From the human T2T-CHM13v2.0 reference genome, Homo sapiens: 64,000 nucleotides of DNA. Location: assembly GCF_009914755.1 (NCBI RefSeq), contig NC_060948.1. The stretch is one strand, 5' to 3'. The position numbers and the translations under genes were made by a program. This document shows, one piece after another, positions 1-16,315 of this stretch. Every line of letters starts with the position of its first letter. Position 1 is the stretch's first letter. The notes beneath the pieces are model-generated. The model did no database searches. It was not told the origin of the DNA and saw only the letters and a program-made list of their open reading frames with translations.

Positions 1-267
1 TAAAACTGCTTTGCTATGTGTGGATTCACGTTATGGAGTTAAAAATTTATTTTGATTCTGCAAGCACTCCTCTTGTGGAATGTACAAAGGACATTTCTGG
101 GCCCATCAAGGAATATAGTGAAAAACAGAATATCACGTGATAAAAACTAGAAACAACTTATCTGGGAAACCACTTGGCATTGTGTGAGTTCATCTAACAG
201 AGTTAAGCCTTTCTTTGATTCAGCAGGTTGGAAACCCTCCTTTTTTTACAATCTATTAAGGGACAGC

Positions 268-662
<395 letters not shown>

Positions 663-994
663 TTATGATGTGTGACATGTATGATTCATGTCACACAGTT
701 AAGCCTTTCTTTTGATTCAGCCAGTTCAAAACACTCTTTTTGTAGAATCTGCAAAGGGACATCTCAGAGCCAATTAAGACCTACAGTGAAAAACTGAATA
801 TCCTGCTATGAAAACTAGATCAAGCTATCTGTGAAATACCTATATCATATTTGGATTGATATCACAGAGTTAAACTTCTCTCTTGATTCCACAGGTTGGA
901 AAAACCCTTTAAGTAGAATCTCTGAAGGGACATATTGAAACCCACTGAGACCTATTATGAAAAACTGAATATCTCACAATAAAAACTAGAAGCA

Positions 995-1277
995 AGGGCA
1001 GGTACTGTGGCTAAAACCTGTAATCCCAGCACTTTATGAGGGTAACTCACCTGAGGTCTGGAATTTGAGACCAGCCTGACCAACATGAAGAAAGCTTGTC
1101 TCTGCTAAAGATACAAATTGCTCTGGGCATTGTGGTGCATATTTCTAATCCCAGCTATTCGGGAGGCTGAGGCAGGAGAATTGCTTAAACCTCCTGTAGG
1201 TGAAGGTTTCAGTGAGCAGAGATCGCACCATTACACTTTAACCTAGTCAATAAGAGCAAAACTACGTCTCAAAAAAG
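995..1277 (+). mobile_element. Alu (Sp/Sq-like) inserted in alpha satellite
   Basis: Alu body flanked by ctagaagcaag / ctagaaacaag. Confidence 0.9.
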
Positions 1278-2310
1278 AATCTAGAAACAAGCTATCTGTG
1301 AAACCTTTGTGTGATGTGTGCATTCATCTCACAGAGATGGACCTTTCTTTTGATTCAGCAGGTTGGAAACCTCTTTTAGTAGAGCCTAAGAAAGGACATT
1401 TTAGAGCCCATGAAGTCTATTGAAAAAAAATGAATATCCCTCAATAAAAATGAGAAACAATCTACCTGTGAAGCCTCATTGTGATATGTGGATTCATTTA
1501 ACAGAGATAAACCTTTCTTTAGATTTAGCACACTGGAAACACCCTTTTTGTAGAATATATAATGGGACATTTCAGAGCCCATTAAGGCCTATTGTGAAAA
1601 AACTGAATATCTGGAGATAAAAAACAGATACAAGCTATCTGTGAAGCATCTTTGGGATGTATGGATTTATTTCACAGAGTTGAACTTTTCTTTTGATTCA
1701 GCAGGTTGGAAACACATCTTTTTTAGAATCTATGAAGGGGACATTTTGGTAACCACTGAGGCTTATAATGAAAAATCGAATATTCCATGACAGTAACTAG
1801 AAACAAGGTATCTGCGAAATTGTTTTATGAAGTGTCCATTCATCTCACAGAGGTAAGCCTTCCTTTTGATTCAGCAGGTTGGAAACACTATTTCTTTGTA
1901 GAATCCATGAAGGGACATTTTGGAGCCCATTAGAGCCTATAGGGAAAAACTGAGTATCCCGCAATAAAAACAAGAAACAAGCTGTCTGTGAAAGCACTTA
2001 ACAATGTGTGGATTCATCTCACAGAGGTAAACCTTTCCTTTGATTCAGTACGTTTGAAAAATTCTTCTGGTAGTATCTACAATGGGACATTCCAGAGCCC
2101 ATCAAGGCCTATAGGGAAAAACAGAATTTCCCATGATAAAAAATATAAACAAAGTATCTGGGAAACGGCTTTGTGATGCATGGATTCATATCACAGAGTT
2201 AAACTTTTCTGTTGATTCAGCAGGTTGGAAACACTCTTATTGTAGAATCTATGAGGGAACATTTCGGAGCCCATTGCCGCCTGTAGTGAAAAACCGAATA
2301 TCCCACGATA

Positions 2311-3295
<985 letters not shown>

Positions 3296-3973
3296 TATAT
3301 TTTTTATATGTGAATAAAGAACAATCAGTCCCAGTCGTCAGTGTGGCAAATTGCTAGGCAACAATGGAGGGAGGAACTTGGAAGTGGGGGCATGCCAGGG
3401 GCAATGAAGAAGACATAGTTGCCTCAGGCTGTGTGCAGGCAGCCTGAGCGGCCCTCCTCCTTGAGGCCTCAGTTTTCAGAGTAAGTGTCTGCTAGGTGAT
3501 ATCCAATAGCAGTAATCTCCTAGGTGGTCCCCACAACAAATCAGCCAGTGTCCCTGGAAGACATAGCTTAAGTCCCTAACCATCAGATCATCTGGAATTT
3601 CCAATCAGAAATGAGAGACCAACTGGAAATTCTCAGTCAAGGTCCAAACTAAAAGAATCACTGGCACACCCACCAAGGCTAAGACAATTTTTAAAAGAAT
3701 CATTTGGGTGCAACCGTGTATTTCTGTAAAACAAAATTACCTATTGTAAATGTTACTGTTTTTACTCATTATGTGTACGGTCCTATGATAGACAGCCCAA
3801 GGGGATTGTCACCTCAGAGTCCAAAACACCAGATGCTGATATCTTCAATTTCTATTTAGATTGAATTTAAACAAGCCAGCCAAACACTCTGCGGTGAAAC
3901 TCTCATGAAGACAAGTGATTGAAAAAGGGAAAAAACAAAACAAAACAAACAAACAAACAAAACAGTGTGTTCA

Positions 3974-4108
3974 GGGGAACTGGTTCATGCCTGTCATCCC
4001 TGCACTTTGGGATCCTGAGGGCACATGGATCCCTTGATCCCAGGCAATCCAGAACAGCCTTAGCAATACGATGAAACCTCCTCTGTAGAAAAATACAAAA
4101 ATAGCTGG
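3974..4108 (+). mobile_element. Old Alu monomer/left arm within the IGS paralog
   Basis: catgcctgtcatccctgcactttggga...aaaaatacaaaaatagctgg. Confidence 0.75.
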
Positions 4109-4244
4109 TTTCATAACCTTGACTCAAAATTAATAAATAAATAGATTAAAATTTAAAATAAAAACTTAAATGCTGTATTATCTTATTTTTGCTTCCTACC
4201 CTGAGAAGAACATAATACAGCTGGTCTCCGTCCGACTGTCTGTT

Positions 4245-4496
4245 TGTGACAGAGTCTCACTCTGTCACCCAGGCTGCAGTGCAGTGACACCATTATGGCT
4301 GACTGCAGCACCAACCTCCCCAGGCTTAAGTGAGTCTTCCACTTTGGCCTCCTGAGTAGCTGGGACCACACAGGAATGCACTTCGGGTTTTGGCTGTGTT
4401 TTCCAAGACTTGACTCGATCTCCTGCGCTAAAGCATGCCTACCTCCTCAGCCTCCCAAAGTGCTAAGGTTGCAGGTGTTACCCACTGCATCCGGCC
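4245..4496 (-). mobile_element. AluJ-like element within the IGS paralog
   Basis: gacagagtctcactctgtcacccaggctg...cctcccaaagtgct. Confidence 0.8.
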
Positions 4497-5064
4497 TGAC
4501 TTAATACATCTGGTCTCATTACAACTTGACCACATGCCCACAAAGAACTCAAATCAAGGGAGAATCAACAAGAGACTTTCAGCATTCTTTCCCTAAAGCG
4601 GGGAGGTGGATGGTGGCCGAATGTCCTGCACTTCTGTGGTTTTAGGTGGCCACGTTTAGAGGATAGATTTCAAATGTTTCTGTTAGAGGCACAAGCCACA
4701 GTCATTTGGAGCAATGTTTCTGACAGTGTCTTAAGGGCCAGGAAGGGCCAGGATCTGCCAAGGCCTGTGTTCCAGGGTGGGGTCGATGGAATCCAGGGTA
4801 GAAGGAGCCATCGGTCCTCACTGAGTTCTAGCCCTAGGCTCCACTGTGCAGACCAAGTCAGAAGGAACAATCCCTCGTCCTACATGCCACATGCATCTAC
4901 TGAACTTGAAAGTGGATCCATTTTCCAAACATGAGGTGACTCTTTGTTGGAAATGGATGACAAGGGGCCGGCCTTTCCGGAGTCGGTATGATAAAGAACT
5001 CATTCTGTGGCATAGAATGAGGTGTGGCTTGAATCTTGAATCTCCATTTAAAACCAATGAAGGT

Positions 5065-5345
5065 GGCCATGGACTGTGGCTCATGCCTGTCATCCCAGCA
5101 CTTTGGGAGGCTAAGGCAGGCAGATCACGAGGTCAGGATTGTGAGACCCGCCTAGCCAACATGGTGAAACCCCATCTCTACTAAAATTACAAAAATTAGT
5201 TGGGTGTGGTGGTGCATGCCTGTAATCCTAGCTACTCAGGAGGCTGAGGCAGGAGAATCACTTGAACCTGAAAGGCGGAGCCACTGTAACTCCAGCCTGG
5301 GGGACAGAGTGAGACTCCATCTCAGAAACAAACAAACAAACAAAG
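5065..5345 (+). mobile_element. AluS within the IGS paralog
   Basis: Alu body with small right-arm deletion and (AAAC)n tail. Confidence 0.9.
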
Positions 5346-6654
5346 CCAATGAATGTGTTTAACTCAAAGCGTCATGCCCAGGTCTATTGACAGGATATAT
5401 TGAGCACGCAGGGAAATGTTGTGGGGTGGGGTTGAAAATATTTTATGGCCTCAAGGAAGGGTTTGAGAGGTAGTCACACAAACCTGACAGCCTAAGGAAT
5501 CCCCTGCACTTAAGAAGCGATATGCACTTCTAGCCTGTAGCCACGCATGCGGGATAATTAGGCTCTCTGCAGAACTCCTCCTGAAATGGGCTCTCGCTCC
5601 ATTCAATAAAAATGGGAGAATCTGTTTCCTAGCATGCAGCCGCAGATGAACGATGATCCAGACACTCACATAAGGAGCGTGTCAGGCTCTACTCATACCG
5701 TGTGGTTTTGTAACCTCCAGCGTGTATGCTGGTGGGGGGTACTGTGGACAGAGGAGGGGAGAGAATGGCGGTGTCCGGCATGTGCTGGAGACATGGGACG
5801 TGGTTGGGTTGGTCAAAGTCTAGGGAACTCATCACCTGCCAGGACGTCTCACCTCCTGCTGTCCTCTCTACCCTACTCTCCACATCTTCACAGTGCAGTG
5901 GAGATGATGTAAGTGGAGTTTGCCATCACGTTGGACTTAAGCAGAGGAAGGCCGCCCTCCCAGGGGTTTCCCTGGAGTGGGTGCCTTGGGCAAGCTCACA
6001 AGGATGCCGATGGTGACAGTGAGAGGGATGTATGGTGGAGGCAGCAGGCCAATGTAGAGGTATGTATTTGACCTATTTGGGGGTGGTCAGCTTTGTGGAG
6101 TCCCATGCATCCTTCCAGAGAATCATTCAGCACTAGCAAGCATGGTCTCCAGGATCACAGTTCCCAGCAGAGGCACTTTTGTTCACACAGAATCCTGGGA
6201 AGGAAAGTTCTCAGCAGGCTTACACCTCCTATCCGAGAAGCTGAAACCACTTCTGGGAGGTTTTCCAAAGAGCCAGTGGTTCCACAAGGGGCCGTGGGAC
6301 TTCTGGAAATTGAGAGAAGTATTTGGAGATATATATTTTAGAAAGAATGGACAGAGCTTGGTCACGAGTTGTTTAGGACACAGGGGATACAGATTGAGAA
6401 AACCCTCCTAGCATCCTAGGTGAACAGAGGTACGATTTATTGAGACAGTAAGTCTGGGTCACAGCCGAGGCAAGGGAAAAGCAAACCCAGATTTTAAGGT
6501 TGCCTTTTTATTAGTGTGTAATATCCATGAGATATCCAAGCCCAGAAATGAACTCTCCAGTTCTGTAGTTTTCTGTATGGAAATCAGATCTGGGAGTTCT
6601 ACAGTTAATAATTCAGCCTTGGTAATAGATTAGATCTACCCGAGCCTATAGTAG

Positions 6655-7055
6655 AAAAAAGACAGGGAGGGAAGAATAGGACAGAGAAAGAAAGTTACAG
6701 AGAGAGAGAGAAAGTGAGAGAGGCAGACAGAGACAGACAGAGAGAGACAGAGACACAAAGAAAGGAAAGAGAAAAAGGAAAGACATAGAGAAAGAAAGAG
6801 AGAGACAGATGGACAGACAGGGAAAGAGACTGACAGAGAGAGACACAGACAGAAAGAGAGACAGAGAGAGAGACATGGATAAAGAAAGAATGACAGAGGA
6901 CAGAGAGACAGACTGAGAGAAACAGAGACAGGAAGAGAGAGACAGAAACAGAGAGAGACGGAGAGATAGATGGAGAGAAAGATAGACAAGGAAAGAGACA
7001 GAGTGAGAGAGACAGAGAGAGAGACAGAGACAGAGAGGGAGAGAGAGAGGAAGAG
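6655..7055. repeat. GA-rich (GAGACA-type) simple repeat, the IGS CT-rich tract
   Basis: About 400 bp of almost pure gagaga/gacaga. Confidence 0.95.
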
Positions 7056-8977
7056 GAATGGGGTACTCAAGAAATAATTACATGTATTGTATAATGCTCT
7101 GATGCCATAAACAGTGGCCAGAATATGATTGAAAACAAGAACATCAAAAAGAACAGCGGCAGCAGCAACACTCACTTGCAGATTTTTAGAAAGTAAGATG
7201 TTATGAACTATAGTTTACATCAACTGGCTCTCACTATACGTTGAGAGATTCACAAAAGTGCTAGTTAACAACAGAAGAAAACAGCGGCTAATATGTCCTT
7301 GGGAAAATATACATCTTCCTAAAAATTGGTGAATTCTACTTCAGCGGAAAATAAATAAATACGAAAAAGAAAAAAAACACAAACAAAACAAAACAAGCAA
7401 GCAAACAAGGGCCAAAGCATTGTCTCTGGAAATCTTAAACCAGCAAAATGCTTTGTAGAAAGCGGTTCTATTTTGGGCACATACTAATAAGGCCCAGGGT
7501 AGAGCGGTGACGCCCTTCCCATTTTGAAAATATGCTGGCCTGAGGGAGGAGAAAATTAAAAAAAAAAAAAAAAATCTTGATAAAAGGTGATTAAGACCCA
7601 GCCAGGATGGAACTTTCCTAGGGAGAGAGGCCTGAGGAACAATGGGGGAAAAAACTCATAACTGCAGTCGGTCCCGCCTGCCTGTCCGCTTGTCCACACG
7701 GGTCAAGCTCTATCCCATCGGCCCAAGCTGCCTCTCGGGAAGTGGGACAGTGCCGCCCCCATCTTTAAAAACTGTGGCCAATGAGTGAGGCCTGACGACC
7801 ACCAATGCAAATGTCAGCCTGGTGGGAATGAGATCACCAGCGAGCGGTGGGGGAAGGGGAGAGAAGAGGGAGGCACACCCTGGTGACTCTCGAACGTTTC
7901 CAAGCACAGTGGTAGGAGATGAGGGGGTTGGGGAAAACCCACCTAACTAACACTAAATTAAGGTAAAAGGGCTTGGGGGTCCGGGCGGCGACTTAAAAAT
8001 TAAAGTGACCGTACATAAAGCCAAAATGGAAGAGCCTATGAGCATTAAAGAAACCAACAGGTGAAGCAAAATAATATGCTGAGAAAAGAACAACAGGGAC
8101 CCCGCCAGGTCGGAGGTTCCCTAGGAAGAAGGGAGAGAGTGACGGGCCTCCAGAAGAGAGGGAGAGAAGCCAGTGGCCCCAGGCTCTGTGAAGTCGGCCA
8201 GACGTCCCTCCGTGCCACCTCGACTTTCAATAACAGTGGCCGCTAGGTGATGCCCGAAGACAACCGATGCTTGCAAGTGTCAGTCGGCACGGAAAAGAAA
8301 CGAATAATGAGTCTTTCTGTGTCAGGGTGGAGGTTGGGGATGGAGTGCGGAAGAGGCACACCCCAGTCACTGGCCTCTTCCAGATCCCTCTCACATCAGG
8401 TCGTTTCCGGGCCCAGGGAGAACTCCCAGGCAATTCCCACGACTAGCGACCAGAGCCCCACAGAGGACACAGCCTACGTTTCTGCCCATGGGATCTTCTG
8501 GAACTTCCATTCCCCCAGAGAGAAAAGAGGACCACGGGGGCACGGGTGTGCGGATGGAGGCTAGGGCTGGAGGTGGGACCTATCTAAGGCAGAAGTCCAG
8601 TCCATAGCGTTTCAGGGTATACTCCAGACCCACGACCTCAGAGTGGCAAATACCTGTCACAATGGAACAAAGTCCGTGAAATCCACGCTACCAGACACAG
8701 CATGGATTTCCCAGAGAGGACAGCTTACACCAAATTCCCTCCTGTCCTCAGGCCAGTTTTCACTCCTGAAGTACCCATTTCTCAGTCGTGTTCCGCAAAG
8801 TCCTCTCTGTCGTGAATCATTCAAAAATTTAGTTCAGTGAATCCCAGAGCATCCACATACGACCTCTAAGATCGGAGTCCGCACACTACACATCACTCCC
8901 CACAGTGTCTCTCCACGAGAACATCACCGCCGTATTAGCCTGGCGGCGATACAGTGCCATTTACTAGAAATCACTCA

Positions 8978-9250
8978 AGAGTTTCGCTCTTGTTGCCCAG
9001 GCTACAGTGTAGTGGCACAACCTGGGCTCACTGCAACCTCTGCCTCCCAGGTTCAACCGATTTTCCTGCCTCAGCCTCCTGAGTTCCTGGGATTATAGGC
9101 ATATGCCACCACGCGCCGTTAATTTTTTATTTTTAGTACAAGCACGTTTTCTCCATGTGGGTCTGGCTGGTTTCGAACTCCGACCTCAGGTGATCCGCCC
9201 ACCTCGGCCTCCCGACGTGCTAGGATTACAGGCATCAGCCACCGTGCCCC
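8978..9250 (-). mobile_element. AluSp-like element within the IGS paralog
   Basis: gagtttcgctcttgttgcccaggct...ttctccatgt...gattacaggc. Confidence 0.88.
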
Positions 9251-10110
9251 ACCATGTGTATAGAGTTTTATGCCACAATAATGAGCTTTCTTTCTCATTG
9301 CCTTCACAGGTGGTTTCACTAGGTCAGATTTTGTTTCACCGTTAATTTTTAAATTGAGGAGTTTGTCAGGGAAATACGAGATGTAGACTCCACAAGAGAC
9401 AGGGGGAAAAGCCTGAACATGCCCCTTCCATCCAAGTGCAGACCTGGCCTCTACCTCCCAAAATCATACACCGAGTGGGGAAGCCCAGCAATGCCTGTCT
9501 GTCTAGATTTCTCTCATCCTCTCTAAACATGGCACTCCTTCCTTTCGTGGAAGGTGCAGGGCCCTCCCCAGAACGGGAGTCTCAGGACCTACAGTCGAAC
9601 AAAACACACCCTGTGGAATTCAAGCATATACACGGACAATTTCCCCATCCTCTTGGGGCCTTCGTTCTGTAGACTCCCATGAAGACAGGTCCCAGAAACA
9701 TATCTGCCTATTCTTTTATTCTTCTGCCTCTGACGAGTTGAGGTTTCAGATGAAACTTCAGAGGGTGGAAGGCAAAGCACTCTCCCTGCTCCCATGTTTT
9801 TGTGAGCGGTGAAAAATGACAGTCTCCCAAGGCAAAAGTCTCCAGATACCCCTATCCTTTTCTCCCCTCCCAGTGGGATTCCGTGCATCTGACTTGGGAT
9901 GACACACGGTCTGCTAGCCACCGACAACAGCTGTGGTGACAGCACCGTCTAAAAGCCAAGAAGACAAAAAACAAAACTAACTTACTTAACTGAGTAATAA
10001 CGGGGAGAGGGGACTAAGGGAGTCAACCTATAGCAGAAATGACACACCATTCAGAACATAAGGGCTGCAGTGAAAGGCGGCAGAACATACACTTTTAAAG
10101 GCTGAAATCT

Positions 10111-10385
10111 CGGTGGCTCACGCCTGTCATGCCAGCACTCTGGGAGGGCCAGGAGACTTGAAGTTAGGAGTTCGAGACCAGCTTAGCCACCATGGCAAAA
10201 CCCCGTCTCTACTAAAAATACAAAAATTAGCCTGTCGTGGCTGTGTGCATCTGTAATCCCAGCTACTGAAGGCTGAAGCATGGGAATTGCTGGAACCCAG
10301 GAGGCAGAGGTTGCAGTGAGCCAAGATAGTGCCAATGCACCCCAGACTGGGCAGCAGAGCAAGAGACTCAGTCTCAGAAAAAAAG
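10111..10385 (+). mobile_element. Alu within the IGS paralog
   Basis: cggtggctcacgcctgtc...ggttgcagtgagccaag. Confidence 0.88.
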
Positions 10386-10589
10386 ACTGAAATAATCCCC
10401 TGCCTTCCTTCCCTTTTCCCCTTTAGAACCTACAGTTGTTTGCAGTTTCTGATCCCTTAAGTGGCAGAATATATTCCATGGGGCTAACTGTGGCTTTCTT
10501 GCATTGCCACTGAATGTCCCCTATAAGGCCGGTACCCCCTGCCTCAGGTCAAGGAGGTGGTGTTTCGTTTTGTTTCTCTCTCTCTCTTT

Positions 10590-10850
10590 CTCAAATTTTA
10601 TTTCTTGTTGAAGCATACATGTGCAAGATTGTCATATAGGTAACTTCTGACTGGGGGGTTCAGAGTGCAGATTATTTCATCACCTGGGTACTCAGCGCAA
10701 TACCGGACAGTTTTTGTGTTTTAATCTGAAACTATCTCTCCTACCATTCCTCCTCCCTCAAGTAAGGTCCCGTGTCTCTGGTCGCCCTCTTTCTGCCCAC
10801 ATGTTCTCATTATGTAGTTCCCACTTACAGATGAGAACACACCGTGTTTA
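10590..10850 (-). mobile_element. Old L1PA 3' UTR fragment within the IGS paralog
   Basis: acatgtgcaagattgtcatataggtaa...gattatttcatcacc...cccacttacagatgagaaca. Confidence 0.7.
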
Positions 10851-11329
10851 GTTTATTGTTGGTTTCATCTACGGTGATGGTGATAAAAGAAGCATGAGAG
10901 TAAATCGACCCTTAGGACACTCCCCTATGTCCTCATCACACACATCCCTCCCCGCACACACTCTCACCTCTACACCCCCTACTCAAGCCCAAGAAAGGAA
11001 GAAAGACATAAAGTAAAGTAAGAGGTCAGCCTCCAAGGTGATGGAGGCCGGGGATCTCAAAGGGTGAGCAAGCGGTGGGGGACAGAGGATGTTGTGGCCA
11101 AGCTAGAAAAGGTGGGAGACTGACTTTCTAGCTCCATCCCACACCCCAGGCTTTGGGTGGGGTGGCTCCTGCAAAAGCTTCTGAATGGAGAGAAGCCTGA
11201 AGCCATAGAAGTCACCAGCTAGGAATTCAGGAAGGGAATAAAGCTTTGTGCATGTGAATGGGGCTTTGTAATGCGGTGCTGTGGCTTCCAAGGTGATGCT
11301 CCTCGCCTCACACAGAGCAAGACTCCATC

Positions 11330-11487
11330 AAAAAAAGAAGAAAGAGAAGAAAGAAAGAAAGAAAGAAAGAAAGAGAGGAAGAAATGAAGGAAGGAAGGAA
11401 GGAAGGAAGGAAGGAAGGAAGGAAGGAAGGAAGGAAGGAAGGAAAGAAAGAAAGAGAGAGAAAGAAAAGAAAAGAAAGAAAAAAAAT
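11330..11487 (+). repeat. (GAAA)n/(GGAA)n purine microsatellite; 14 consecutive GGAA at 11389-11444
   Basis: Direct count from the sequence. Confidence 0.95.
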
Positions 11488-11524
11488 CAGAACACATGTC
11501 GTGGTTGTGAGTGATTACCAGGAG

Positions 11525-13790
<2,266 letters not shown>

Positions 13791-14736
13791 ACTGAATTTT
13801 ATTCACTCTACCTCCTATATATTCAAAGAAATTGCTTGGAAGCCGATGCTAGCAGAATCCCCAATGTGCATATATTTCAGGGCTGGGGAGACTTGAAACA
13901 CAGTGGTTTTTTTATGATCACAGAAATGAGAAGAAAAAGAATGTTCTAATCCAGCTCTTTTCCCTCAAACCTGGGGCCCTGGCTGTATTTAGATGTTTTC
14001 ATGGGGTAAGGGGCTTGTGTTTGCATAACTGTGTACAGATGAAGAGTTGACACGGGATAGGAAGGTGAGTAATCAGCAGCTGTGCAGAGACTTTGCATAC
14101 ATTTATAGAAGAAAAGGGCTCAGGGGATGATGGAACCTTGAAGAACTAACACACTCCTCTTGTGACAGAACCTGATAGAATTTAGAACTTTGAAAACTAG
14201 ACATCCACACTCTAGAGACAGCCCTGTACCTAGCTCATTTCATGGGATATGCTTAAGAGAACACTATGTTCTTATTTCGTGGTGATATTCCTAAGCTGTT
14301 ACCTTAGAAAGGTCCAAAGTTGAGAGCCTTTTCAAATAATACAGATGTTGGCTGAGCCCACATCCTTGATACCTGTGCCCATTTGGCAAGAGGCACCCAC
14401 AGGAACTGCAGTGTAGTCCAGGGCAGGTCTGTCCATGCCAGGCCTCTCTTGTCATCTAATCTGGGAAACCCCATCTGGCCCACCATAACCATGTGTTTCA
14501 GGGGGAACAGGAAAGGAGGTGGCTTTTCCTGACAGGTGCAGGTTGTCAGGCTTTGGAACTCTGGTGAGTCCGTCATGTTCAAACCCAGGTCATGGCTGGT
14601 TGAATAAATAGTTGAGTGTTGGAGAGCAAGTGTGTCTACTCAGATGTGAATCTCAAGGTCTTCAGCTGTCCTCTGGTTTCTTCATGCACTGGGGATCTAT
14701 GAAGATGCTCCTATGTGTCTGATCTGGGGAGCATAA

Positions 14737-15030
14737 TTTTTTTTTTTTTTTTTGAGACAGAATCTCACTCTGTCACCCAGGCTGGAGTGCAGTGGCTCAA
14801 TCTCTGCTCACTGCAAACTCTCTTCCTGGGTTCACGTTGTTCCCCTGCCTCAGCCTCCCGAGTAGCTGGGACTACAGTCTCCTGCCACCAAATTCAGCTA
14901 ATTTTTTTTTTTCAGTAGAGACGGGGTTTCACCATGTTAGCCAGGATGGTCTCGATCTCCTGACCTCATGATCCACCTGCCTCAGCCTCCCAAGCTGCTG
15001 GAATTACAGGCATAAGGCACCGCACCCAGG
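14737..15030 (-). mobile_element. AluY/Sc-like element
   Basis: Antisense Alu; TSD gggagcataattt / gggagcagaattt. Confidence 0.92.
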
Positions 15031-15884
15031 CGGGAGCAGAATTTCTAATGGGGATGTCACCTTGTGGTAAAAACAAGGGAGACCATTAACATTTTTTTTT
15101 TTTTTTGGCTTGGCTTGGCTGCTGGGCATTCTCTTTATAGAGCTGTATCAAAATCAATGAGCAGCTGTTTGATGAGTTCAAGTCCCCATCTCCTTGGACA
15201 AGGGGCAGGTTCACCATACCACCAAGCAGGGCCCAGTGAGCTATGGTGAGAGCAGGCACATGGCAGTCTCTACAGACTGGGGCCTGACAATGCCAGGATG
15301 GGTCCAAAACCCAGACCCAAATATGGACTGTCTCTGGGCTCTGTCTTAGAGCTTTTTTCTCAGAGTGACCCAAAGTTCTGCAGCCAAAAATCTGGCTTTC
15401 ATTAGTCCCAATGGCAACTTGGTTAGGTGTAAAGTCCCTGTTCACGTACTTGTAGAAATACCAGAGGAGGCCTTTGTGTTGTTTTTACTTTACACTGGAC
15501 TGTATTTATTCATGTTGCTATAGTTTGTATTGTATTAACTATTTAGCCCAGGTATCTTCTGTAGCAGGCAGCTTCACTGTATTGCCAGACTTTCTCCAAT
15601 ACTTAAAAGCCACCACTATTACTAAGAAGGTTTTCACACAAAAATAGGGAAGAGGTTACGTGAAAAAGAGGTTACTTTGTTCCCTTCATTTGCCTGCAAT
15701 GTGGCACCTCAGAGAACTCATCCCTGTAGCCCATCAGGGTAGAAGCTGTGCCTTCACATGTCTTCGTAATGTTCTATACAAGAAGGTAATTTCGCAGAGT
15801 GGCTTAGCCTTTCAATGCTGGTGGAGCCTGCCATGATAACATTCTATTTTCATTTTAGCTGTAATGAAGAAAATTTATCTGTGT

Positions 15885-16315
15885 GTCATGATTGGCTGGA
15901 ACAGTTTGCTTGGGCTTCCATAATCTAGTACCGTGTACTGAAGATCTCAATGGAAACTGAGTTTCTCATAATTCTGGAGGCTAGAAATTGAACAACAAGC
16001 TATTGGCTGAAGTGGTTTCTCTAATGCATATTTCTACTTGAGATTAATCGACCACCTTCTATTTCTGTTTTCAGAGTGTCTTCTCTTGAGCCTCTGCGTC
16101 TTTACTCTTTTTGAAAGGACTCCAGTCATGTTAGGTTAGGGTTCACTTTACTGAACTTACTTAATCATAGTCACCTCTTTAAAAGCGATATGTCCAAACA
16201 CACACTCACTCACAATTTGAGGCTAATTATATTATATATGCCTTAGAATGTCAACATATAAATTTTAGAATAGCAACATATAAATTTGGGAGAAGGGACA
16301 CAATTTGGAACATGA
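15885..16315 (-). mobile_element. MaLR LTR (MLT1-type)
   Basis: tttctcataattctggaggctagaa...aaggactccagtcatgttaggttagggttcac...tcacctctttaaaag...caacatataaattt...gggacacaattt. Confidence 0.75.

Noticed and set aside
6636-7175. 179-aa Leu/Ser-rich ORF
   Set aside because: Translation of the (CT)n-rich simple repeat.
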